Shown here in pieces: positions 46,327-53,628 of a stretch of DNA of 64,000 nucleotides (its first letter is position 1; each line of letters begins with the position of its first letter). The DNA comes from a virus. The stretch is taken from the UHGV virus genome UHGV-1384413; one strand, given 5' to 3'. The position numbers and the translations under genes were made by a program. The notes under the pieces are model-generated. The model was given only the letters and a program-made list of their open reading frames with translations. It searched no databases and had not been told where the DNA came from.

Positions 46327-47088
46327 TTACAGTTCCATAAAGTTTTCTACGATGTCAATGAATGTTTTATCAGAGAAAGCGTCAACAGCCCCGTTAAACC
46401 AAACTGGGATGCCGCGATCCTCATACTGGTAAATGTCACTACGTGAAATGCCATTCTCCCCTAAATGCTGTGAGTCGTATTTGTTAACGATCAGCAGTTT
46501 GGTCCCCTTATTACAGGCAGGGAATAGCTCCCAGTTAAAATTGATAACTGTGTTGGAGCACCCTATAAGGATAACCATATCATTGCTCGTCAGAGAAGTC
46601 AACAGGTCATACATGTCTGTATACTTTGGAGCTACTTCTCCGAAGAACACGACATTAGGCTTAACCCAAGTATACTTGCTTGCATCTACCTCAGAGTATC
46701 CAATGTCTTTAATGACGTTACTCCCTTCATCATCCTCGTAGACTATTTCTGGCAAATATCCGTGGACATGTAAAATATCTTCATGTTTTACACCAGCACG
46801 CTCCAGCAAATCATCTACATTGGTTGTCAGGTTGATCACGCGACCAGACCAGCGGGAATACCATTCAGCGATCCGGAGATGTGCAAGGTTAGGATCAACA
46901 CTGCCCAGAGCTACACGCCGTGCATTGTAAAAGTCATGAACCTTATAGTAGTTCTTGGCAAAGGTGTGGATGTTACACACCTCATCGATGCTGAAATTCT
47001 CCCACATTGCAGTGCCACCAGATCGGAAAGTTGGGATACCAGATTCAGCGCTCAAACCAGCACCGGAGATAATGATCAGTCGTCGCAT
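46327..47088 (-). CDS. Sir2-family (sirtuin-like) NAD-dependent protein lacking zinc-ribbon cysteines
   Basis: GAGLSAESGIPTFRS, FYNARR, TTNVDDLLERAG, HVHG, VVFFGE blocks match sirtuin catalytic core. Confidence 0.7.
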   Translation of the reverse strand: MRRLIIISGAGLSAESGIPTFRSGGTAMWENFSIDEVCNIHTFAKNYYKVHDFYNARRVALGSVDPNLAHLRIAEWYSRWSGRVINLTTNVDDLLERAGVKHEDILHVHGYLPEIVYEDDEGSNVIKDIGYSEVDASKYTWVKPNVVFFGEVAPKYTDMYDLLTSLTSNDMVILIGCSNTVINFNWELFPACNKGTKLLIVNKYDSQHLGENGISRSDIYQYEDRGIPVWFNGAVDAFSDKTFIDIVENFMEL

Positions 47089-47096
47089 AAGTGTCC

Positions 47097-47447
47097 TCAG
47101 TAGATGTTTTGTTTAATCTCTATTCCAAACTTTTTAAACGAGTCAGCAGCAAGCATGAATTTACGAGCAGCTGATGGGTTAGAAGTATGCACGAAAATCT
47201 TCACGTTGTCAACTACAGGAGGCTTACCAAATATAAATTTTTCCTCCAGCATAGATAGGCAATCGTACCCTTCAAATACCTCTCCAAGGTCGTTGTCCAT
47301 GTGCCACTCAGAAACGCGCCTGTAGAGCTTTCCCTTATCGTTAATAAAATCCATAAACTCAGAGGAATTCTTTAGCCAAAGAGCATCTGGGAGCCCATAA
47401 TTTGACGGATCTCTCAAGTCATCCAGCCACACAATCAACTTCTTCAT
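47097..47447 (-). CDS. hypothetical protein (116 aa)
   Basis: ORF between Sir2-like and Rnl-like genes. Confidence 0.5.
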   Translation of the reverse strand: MKKLIVWLDDLRDPSNYGLPDALWLKNSSEFMDFINDKGKLYRRVSEWHMDNDLGEVFEGYDCLSMLEEKFIFGKPPVVDNVKIFVHTSNPSAARKFMLAADSFKKFGIEIKQNIY

Positions 47448-48358
47448 TGCATATAGTCCTCGTTGTGGAAATAGTAGTCAAGTATCTCACGACGTTCTTG
47501 CTCCAGGAGGCAGTTCCACACATCTTCTGTGTAATTGCTACGAATGAAGTTTACCATGCCATAAAACTCTTCGTCAACACGTTTAAAGATATCATCATCC
47601 CAAATCTTCCAAGCTTTACCCCTCATTACGGCCTTCCGTGCCAAATAGTATGGAGACTTGATCTTCAGCTGCAAATCATAAGGGTAGTAAGGCTTACGAA
47701 TCATATACCCTTCACCTCTTGTTTCTGCAGCTAATTCTTTTGCATAGCTGAACGGAATTTCACGCACAGTGTGAGGACGTTTTGCACCAAGGTATTTGGC
47801 AATCCCATCTAAAGCTGCTTCTGGTAGCATTATTCCAGAATCATTATATCTGCAACCTATCAAATATGCGCCATGATCTTCCTGAACAATATGCGGATCT
47901 GAAGGGTGGCAAATTTCAAACATGAATGTCATGTTTTCATGGCCCATAACCCTCTTGATAAGATCTAAATTACCACATTGCTCCTGGATTGTTTCTTTTG
48001 CGAGGTTACAATATGGAGAATCAAGAGACCCGGTTGTTGAGAACAATAGTTCACCTTTATGAGATGATACCACACCAAGGAATCCGTTCTTTTTCTCTAC
48101 CGCCGTCACAAGTTTATTGTCAGGCAGGTTGGTGGAATTTTCTCCCAAGTTAAACACTTTTGTGAAGGGCCATGCCACAACATTTCCTTCATTACCGACA
48201 ACAATGCCTCGGCACTCCAGCAAACGAGGAGACAAATGCCATAAATTGTTGTAGAATACTTTTCTGGCATATTTATAGATCTTTAACCCAAGATCCGGGT
48301 AATATCTGCTGGTTACAAGACCTTTGTCAACTAGGTCGTCTGCATTAAAATACTTCAT
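47444..48358 (-). CDS. RNA ligase-like nucleotidyltransferase (Rnl family candidate)
   Basis: KKNGF (KxNG motif I variant as in tRNA ligases); divergent from polynucleotide kinase gene. Confidence 0.5.
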   Translation of the reverse strand: MKYFNADDLVDKGLVTSRYYPDLGLKIYKYARKVFYNNLWHLSPRLLECRGIVVGNEGNVVAWPFTKVFNLGENSTNLPDNKLVTAVEKKNGFLGVVSSHKGELLFSTTGSLDSPYCNLAKETIQEQCGNLDLIKRVMGHENMTFMFEICHPSDPHIVQEDHGAYLIGCRYNDSGIMLPEAALDGIAKYLGAKRPHTVREIPFSYAKELAAETRGEGYMIRKPYYPYDLQLKIKSPYYLARKAVMRGKAWKIWDDDIFKRVDEEFYGMVNFIRSNYTEDVWNCLLEQERREILDYYFHNEDYMQ

Positions 48359-48424
48359 TATACATTCCTCATTTGTTATTTTGTCCCTTTATCCTGCCAC
48401 ACAAATAACTTGGTGTCAACACTT

Positions 48425-48455
48425 GAAATTAACAAAACAGTTAGGTATACTATCA
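48425..48455 (+). promoter_or_regulatory. sigma70-like promoter (TTGAAA-17-TATACT) in divergent intergenic region
   Basis: Hexamers upstream of kinase gene. Confidence 0.4.
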
Positions 48456-48479
48456 TTAAAATTAAAACGGAGAGTTACT

Positions 48480-48890
48480 ATGTCTAAAATGCTATATATC
48501 GTGCGTGGTCTACCAGGGTCTGGCAAATCAACACTGGCAAATGCGCTATCTTTAGAAGGTCTGTATCCACATTTTGAGAACGATATGTTCTGGTACGACG
48601 ATGACGGCAATTACAATTGGGATGCAAGTAAAGTAACACTTGCAGCAAAATGGTGCAAAGATAACGTAGAAGATATGATGCGTATGGGCTACGACCGTAT
48701 CGTGGTAAGTAATACGTTTACAAAAGAAAAATATGTGCAAGAATATATTGACATGGCGATCAGTCATGGATATAGTTATACCGTGATCGTGGTTGAAAAC
48801 CGCCATGGTAATAAAAGCATTCATGATGTTCCAGACAGGGTTGTGGATCGTATGGAACGCCAGCTTAAAAACTGCATTAAACTTAAATGA
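48480..48890 (+). CDS. polynucleotide 5'-kinase-like P-loop protein
   Basis: N-terminal YIVRGLPGSGKSTLA Walker A typical of Pnk kinase domains; ACGGAGAG RBS. Confidence 0.6.
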   Translation: MSKMLYIVRGLPGSGKSTLANALSLEGLYPHFENDMFWYDDDGNYNWDASKVTLAAKWCKDNVEDMMRMGYDRIVVSNTFTKEKYVQEYIDMAISHGYSYTVIVVENRHGNKSIHDVPDRVVDRMERQLKNCIKLK

Positions 48891-48897
48891 GGAATGT

Positions 48898-49452
48898 ATG
48901 AAATACTTTGTAACAAGCGACACACACTTTCTCCACCAGCGGGTAATGGAGTTCGACTCATGTCAAAAACACAGATCTCAGTATGATCACAATCTTGACA
49001 GTATGAATGCGGGAATCATCACCAAGTGGAACTCTGTTGTGTCACCTGCAGACACTGTGTTTCACTTGGGGGATATTGCGTGCACTAATGATAAGAATAT
49101 CAACAAATTGCTTCCAGATGTTCTAAATATGTTGAACGGACATATTATTCTTGTTCGTGGTAACCATGACACAAGGACGACTGTCAGAATTATGAAAGAG
49201 TTCGGTCATGAGGTTGTAGATTATTACGAGCTTCGCCACAACAAGAATTTGATCTGTATGAGCCATTACCAGTTTGCAAAGTGGAACAGAAAGCCTCACG
49301 GATCAGTCCAACTGTTCGGTCATGCTCACGGAACCACACAGCAGTTGTTTGGCAGGCAGTTTGATGTCGGTTGGGATGTGTGGGGGAGACTCTTACCATT
49401 AGAAGAGGCATACCGTATTGCAATGAGTCTTGCTATTGACAGCGGGGAGTAA
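48898..49452 (+). CDS. calcineurin-like metallophosphoesterase
   Basis: SDTHF, GDIA and GNHD motifs; GAGGA RBS. Confidence 0.7.
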   Translation: MKYFVTSDTHFLHQRVMEFDSCQKHRSQYDHNLDSMNAGIITKWNSVVSPADTVFHLGDIACTNDKNINKLLPDVLNMLNGHIILVRGNHDTRTTVRIMKEFGHEVVDYYELRHNKNLICMSHYQFAKWNRKPHGSVQLFGHAHGTTQQLFGRQFDVGWDVWGRLLPLEEAYRIAMSLAIDSGE

Positions 49453-49499
49453 TCCCTGCTATTTTAAAGAAAATTGCCACACAAGGAGAATCAGGAGAT

Positions 49500-49850
49500 A
49501 TGAAAGATGGGGATAAGCTGCTATATCTTAAAGTCCCCCTTGAAATACTGTCTATGTCAAAAGTTTTGAATGACACAACTGGGGAGGTTGTTGTTCTTGA
49601 CTTATATGACAAGATCGTATACTGCTACCTGCACAACTGGTATAAGCTTGGAGAAAATTCACGCTTCACACCCAGCACAAGGAAAATTGCAGCAGATGTT
49701 GGGATAAAGAAAACAAAAGCAGCAGCGTGCGTTAAAACTTTAGAATGTGCAGGAGTGGTTGAAATATCCACACAAGGGAGAGGTAAAAGATGCACATTTT
49801 CCAAAGTTTTGCCACCAGAAGAAGTTATTCGAATGTCAACAACTGGTTAG
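49500..49850 (+). CDS. small DNA-binding protein (winged-helix/HTH-like), candidate iteron-binding protein
   Basis: TPSTRKIAADVGIKKTKAAACVKTLECAGVV resembles an HTH; immediately upstream of iteron array. Confidence 0.45.
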   Translation: MKDGDKLLYLKVPLEILSMSKVLNDTTGEVVVLDLYDKIVYCYLHNWYKLGENSRFTPSTRKIAADVGIKKTKAAACVKTLECAGVVEISTQGRGKRCTFSKVLPPEEVIRMSTTG

Positions 49851-49923
49851 ACCAGTAAAAACTTAAACATCTGTACTATAAGGATTTGTATGTTTTATGT
49901 TCACTCTGGAACAGAGGTTAGTA

Positions 49924-50007
49924 ACTGTCCGTGATACGGACACTACTGTCCGTCACGCGGACACATCTGCCCGTAGTACGGACACTAACTGTCCGTGATA
50001 CGGACAC
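49924..50007. repeat. four tandem palindromic iterons (ACTGTCCGT-N3-ACGGACAC) at 21-22 bp spacing
   Basis: Copies start at 49924, 49945, 49966, 49988; each has dyad GTCCGT/ACGGAC. Confidence 0.8.
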
Positions 50008-50150
50008 ATAAAGAATATAACTAAAATAACTAAATAATAAAAATAAAAGATCTAGCACTTATGGTACTAAAGTACATATACTTAACTTATGTAGAATATA
50101 CTAGATCCTAAGTACCATGTTTTAAATTTATTACTTATTACTTATTATGG
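50008..50150. other. AT-rich tract with short direct repeats (candidate DNA unwinding element)
   Basis: ATAACTAAA and TTACTTATT repeats and a GGTACT...AGTACC inverted repeat directly after iterons. Confidence 0.5.
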
Positions 50151-50154
50151 GTAG

Positions 50155-50400
50155 TGTCGGCCCTTCATTGGCACTCGCCTACGAGGGGCGAGATGCCGGG
50201 CCTCCGTAGTGCACACAATAACAGAAGTGCATACATGCAGGACTGTTAACATGTGTGGGAGCGAAGCGATAGCGCAGGCCAAAGGCCGAGCACTAATGTG
50301 GATCACCGACGAAAGCTTGCCAGCGCCGGAAGGAGTCGGTTGAGAGCCTCCCGCGCGAGTTCTGATAAAGTTTATGTGTGGAAACTGACAAGAAGGCTCC
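50155..50400. other. GC-rich ORF-free island (candidate structured RNA or DNA element)
   Basis: Composition contrast with AT-rich flanks; no ORF with RBS. Confidence 0.3.
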
Positions 50401-50517
50401 TAAATCGCTCCACAGCTATATAAACTATACCAAGTAAGGCAATCGCACCAGTTTGATAGAAAAGCTCGTTACAAAGCGATACAGTGAGTTTTTCTATAAC
50501 TTGAAGAGGAGGCTGCT

Positions 50518-51096
50518 ATGAGTTCACGCAAAGATGCCCGTGAAAAGATTGCAAAACGTTATCAGGATGAAGAACAGATGGAGAAAACTTTCAAGTGGAA
50601 GCCAGGTTTCCAGCGTAATCATTCTAACGCCCGTGATCGTAAGCATCCTGATAAGTGGCTAACACCGCCAAATGATGGCATGCAGGTTGGTGATGAGAAG
50701 GAGCTATCACCTGGAAAAGATGGCAACTACATTCGCACTAAGGACGCCAGTCCAAAGGATGACAGCTATCTTGTAGATAAGGTTCTTGATGGTATTGATG
50801 TAGATGTTGACACTGCACGAAACCTTTTTCTTGGTTGGTATCGTACAGGGTTTTTCGACATCAAGGCTATTCGTCGTGTTTGTGATATTAAAAAGTCTGC
50901 ATATGATGACGACTCGTTACATCGCACCCTGAGACAATATTCAGAAAGATATGGTCATCCGGTTATCACTCTTGACGATGTTAACGAAGTGATGTATCAT
51001 GCAGAGGTTGTTGCAGGCAGATTTGGTGATGCATATCTTGATATCCTTTCTGCAAACGATGAGGTAATGTTGAATAAGATTTACTATGAACGTTGA
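50518..51096 (+). CDS. hypothetical protein (192 aa)
   Basis: ATG with GAAGAGGAGG RBS. Confidence 0.6.
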   Translation: MSSRKDAREKIAKRYQDEEQMEKTFKWKPGFQRNHSNARDRKHPDKWLTPPNDGMQVGDEKELSPGKDGNYIRTKDASPKDDSYLVDKVLDGIDVDVDTARNLFLGWYRTGFFDIKAIRRVCDIKKSAYDDDSLHRTLRQYSERYGHPVITLDDVNEVMYHAEVVAGRFGDAYLDILSANDEVMLNKIYYER

Positions 51097-51106
51097 GGAG
51101 AGCTTA

Positions 51107-51295
51107 ATGAACAATCCGGTAGCAAAGAACTGTAATAAGTTCAACAAGTCTGCAATTCACACCGACAGGAAAAAGAGCTGGTCACCGGACATTGACGAGG
51201 AGCTTGAGAATTACTTTGAAGATCTAGTCACCAATGCAGGTGAGGTTGCGATTAAAGAATACGCAGACAGGAAGGATAAGGCCGGAATCTGTTGA
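51107..51295 (+). CDS. hypothetical protein (62 aa)
   Basis: ATG at 51107 with GAGGAG RBS. Confidence 0.45.
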   Translation: MNNPVAKNCNKFNKSAIHTDRKKSWSPDIDEELENYFEDLVTNAGEVAIKEYADRKDKAGIC

Positions 51296-51371
51296 CAAAA
51301 ATAATGTTACCTGATAAGATCTGCAATATGATGTGATACAATTTTAACTTACGAGGTCTACAGGTAATGCT

Positions 51372-51614
51372 ATGTTTAAGGTTAAGCTCGTTTTCCGTTC
51401 CATGAATGAGGATTATTTAGAAGATGAAGGTGAATTTCGTGCACTAGATGATGCAATAGATTTTGCCAACGACTTAGCTTGTATGAATACTGGTTATGGT
51501 TTATGTTGTTGGGATGGTGGTGTTCAGATTGGTGATAGCAAGATCTTCTACTTCTACCCTGAGCCCGATAACAAACAAATTAAGTATGTTTTATTTATTT
51601 GTGCTTTACAATAA
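51372..51614 (+). CDS. hypothetical protein (80 aa)
   Basis: ORF-track ORF. Confidence 0.5.
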   Translation: MFKVKLVFRSMNEDYLEDEGEFRALDDAIDFANDLACMNTGYGLCCWDGGVQIGDSKIFYFYPEPDNKQIKYVLFICALQ

Positions 51615-51639
51615 GGTTGTTTTCGTGTATCATGATGAA

Positions 51640-51900
51640 TATCCAATTTAAAGATGAGTTTGATGGCTTTATCTCCGGATGCTTTGAAACAGGGTTCGGA
51701 GAAGACTGAGTTCCCCTTAGAGGGCTTGATAGTGCACCACACTTAAAATGGTAGGGGCAGCCAGCACATGACGATGTGACCCCAGCCAACCTGTAATAAG
51801 GTCGAGCCAGAGCGCGGTAATGGGTATCTGGTAACCCACTTGTTGGGTCTTGCTGGTCCAGGACGCTGGGCAAGTCGCAGGGAATACCACCCTGCGGCGA
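51640..51900. other. GC-rich ORF-poor island (candidate structured ncRNA)
   Basis: Overlapping Pro/Gly-rich minus-strand ORFs in all frames typical of non-coding GC-rich sequence. Confidence 0.3.
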
Positions 51901-51903
51901 ACT

Positions 51904-51933
51904 TGACAATCAGTATTTGCCGTGATAAAATCC
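51904..51933 (+). promoter_or_regulatory. sigma70-like promoter (TTGACA ... GATAAAAT)
   Basis: Consensus -35 and extended -10 upstream of gene at 51960. Confidence 0.5.
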
Positions 51934-51959
51934 ACCTATCACGTGATAATGGAGGAAAC

Positions 51960-52298
51960 ATGGCGGATACAACTAAAAAGCGTCGCCGTAGAGGCAGACC
52001 TCTGAAAGAGGAGTCCAACGCCATTCAGCTAGAGAAGAACATTCTTGATATGAAGGAATCTTTTATAGCGATGGTTCCAGAAGCTCACAAAGTTTTAAGA
52101 GAGCTGATGTTGGACCCGAAAACCAAACAAAATATTCGTCAAAGCATTGCAGAGTATGTTCTTGATAAGGCAGACCGAATGCAGGAAGAATATGATGAGA
52201 TGTTTGGTGAAGAGGAAGAGGTGGTAGTAGAAGAGGCTGAAAAACCAGCACCTTTTATGCCATTTACCACAGAAATACAGCCTGTTGGCAATAGTTAA
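51960..52298 (+). CDS. basic/acidic DNA-binding-like protein; possible terminase small subunit
   Basis: N-terminal KKRRRRGRPLK basic stretch; GGAGGAAACATG RBS; upstream of terL region. Confidence 0.3.
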   Translation: MADTTKKRRRRGRPLKEESNAIQLEKNILDMKESFIAMVPEAHKVLRELMLDPKTKQNIRQSIAEYVLDKADRMQEEYDEMFGEEEEVVVEEAEKPAPFMPFTTEIQPVGNS

Positions 52299-52394
52299 AA
52301 TATTTTCTTGACAAACTTTGCTTAACAGTGTAATATTGTAAACATGGTCTCCCACCTTTTCTGGCGGCTCAGGTGTAAAAGAAAGCCACCCAGT

Positions 52395-52469
52395 GCCCTG
52401 TTAGCTTAGTGGATAAAGCAGCGGCCTTCTAAGCCGTTGACACTGGTTCGAGTCCAGTACGGGGTGCCA
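52395..52469 (+). tRNA. tRNA-Arg (anticodon TCT)
   Basis: Manual cloverleaf: acceptor, D, anticodon loop CTTCTAA, T-loop TTCGAGT, CCA encoded. Confidence 0.8.
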
Positions 52470-52473
52470 AATT

Positions 52474-52560
52474 GGGGAGTTATCCCGTAGAGGTAGCGGT
52501 GTAGACTGTAAATCTATTGTCATTGCGACTCGGGTGGTTCGACTCCACCACTCCCCACCA
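52474..52560 (+). tRNA. tRNA-Tyr (anticodon GTA), long variable arm
   Basis: Acceptor GGGGAGT/ACTCCCC, anticodon loop CTGTAAA, T-loop TTCGACT, CCA encoded. Confidence 0.75.
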
Positions 52561-52674
52561 AATTTACATTTTTAAATGCATAAATTATACAGATAATGAC
52601 ATTGATATTTATCGTCGTTTATACTAGTCACTAACTGCTCGAAAATCAGTGTCATTATCAGTGTAATTTATAAA

Positions 52675-52765
52675 GGAGAGTAGGGAGCAATGGTGCTCAA
52701 GCGGTCTTGAAAACCGTCCCATTGAGGACGACTTGATGATGGTTCGATTCCATTACTCTCCGCCA
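52675..52765 (+). tRNA. tRNA-Ser (anticodon TGA), long variable arm
   Basis: Acceptor GGAGAGT/ACTCTCC, anticodon loop CTTGAAA, 20-nt variable arm, CCA encoded. Confidence 0.8.
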
Positions 52766-52863
52766 TATTGTTAACCTTGTAATTAAGCGAAAGCCGGAAG
52801 CAGAACCGGATTATCAAATGTTACAGTCGTCATCGCCGACTAGCAACATGGTTAACATTATTC

Positions 52864-52960
52864 GCTAGGTAAGCCCTTTGGCAAGGGCGAGGATTTTTAA
52901 TCCTGAAAATAGACGAGGTAGTCGTTGAATACATAGGTGGTTCGATTCCATCACCTAGCA
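52864..52960 (+). tRNA. atypical tRNA-like gene (possible anticodon TTT) with about 30-nt variable region
   Basis: Perfect 7-bp acceptor stem, D-arm and T-arm; anticodon stem only 4 bp; no CCA encoded. Confidence 0.45.
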
Positions 52961-52966
52961 CCTTTT

Positions 52967-53042
52967 GCTGATGTAGCACAATTGGCAGTGCAATTGATTT
53001 GTAATCAATAGGTTGCAGGTTCAAGTCCTGCCATCAGCACCA
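52967..53042 (+). tRNA. tRNA-Thr (anticodon TGT)
   Basis: Canonical cloverleaf, anticodon loop TTTGTAA, CCA encoded. Confidence 0.85.
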
Positions 53043-53043
53043 T

Positions 53044-53118
53044 GGCCCTGTAGCTGGAAGGTTCAAGCAAGCGACTCATAATCGCCAGACGGTGGTTCAA
53101 TTCCACCCAGGGCCACCA
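53044..53118 (+). tRNA. tRNA-Met/Ile2 (anticodon CAT)
   Basis: Acceptor GGCCCTG/CAGGGCC, anticodon loop CTCATAA, T-loop TTCAATT, CCA encoded. Confidence 0.75.
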
Positions 53119-53129
53119 AATAATAAATA

Positions 53130-53206
53130 CTCCGCGTAGCTCAGCTTGGTAGAGCGCCTGATTTGGGATCAGGAGGTCGAGTGTTCGAATCACTCCGTGG
53201 AGACCA
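53130..53206 (+). tRNA. tRNA-Pro (anticodon TGG)
   Basis: D-arm TAGCTCAGCTTGGTAGAGC, anticodon loop TTTGGGA, T-loop TTCGAAT, CCA encoded. Confidence 0.8.
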
Positions 53207-53252
53207 CCTTTAGTTATACTTTAAATATATACACACAAAAGGAACCTTTAAA

Positions 53253-53522
53253 ATGTATACACTTAAAATTGTAGAACGTGTAAATCCAACCCATACTTTA
53301 GATCTTCGTGACGATTTCAACCCTCTTGCTGTAAATCTTCGAGAGTCGTATCATGAACTAAGCTGCGATGCAGTTGTGGTCTTCTTTGAAGACAACTCTG
53401 AAGGGGCAGTAGCTTGTGTTGTTGATAGCGAGCAGAAGTTTTATATTTACAGAGATGTGGATGCTTACTTGATGAATGAGAATGCGGTTACTGTCAGAAT
53501 CATCCACCGAGTGCCTCGATAA
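53253..53522 (+). CDS. hypothetical protein (89 aa)
   Basis: ATG with AAAAGGAACC RBS. Confidence 0.5.
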   Translation: MYTLKIVERVNPTHTLDLRDDFNPLAVNLRESYHELSCDAVVVFFEDNSEGAVACVVDSEQKFYIYRDVDAYLMNENAVTVRIIHRVPR

Positions 53523-53576
53523 GTATTAGTCTCCTTTTAGTTAGTTTCGATCTATTTAGGTTACTCAATTTTAACC

Positions 53577-53613
53577 CGCCCCGTTAGCTGTATAGCTGCG
53601 GGGTTTTTTCGTT
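53577..53613 (+). terminator. rho-independent terminator
   Basis: CCCCG...CGGGG extended hairpin followed by TTTTTTCG. Confidence 0.6.
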
Positions 53614-53628
53614 TCTGGAGCCTTAAAA

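Noticed and set aside
51554-52024. Overlapping minus-strand ORFs (51554-51742, 51595-51909, 51717-51935, 51743-52024) as protein-coding genes
   Set aside because: They overlap each other in different frames inside a GC-rich island, have Pro/Gly/Ala/Arg-rich low-complexity translations and no RBS; treated as non-coding sequence.
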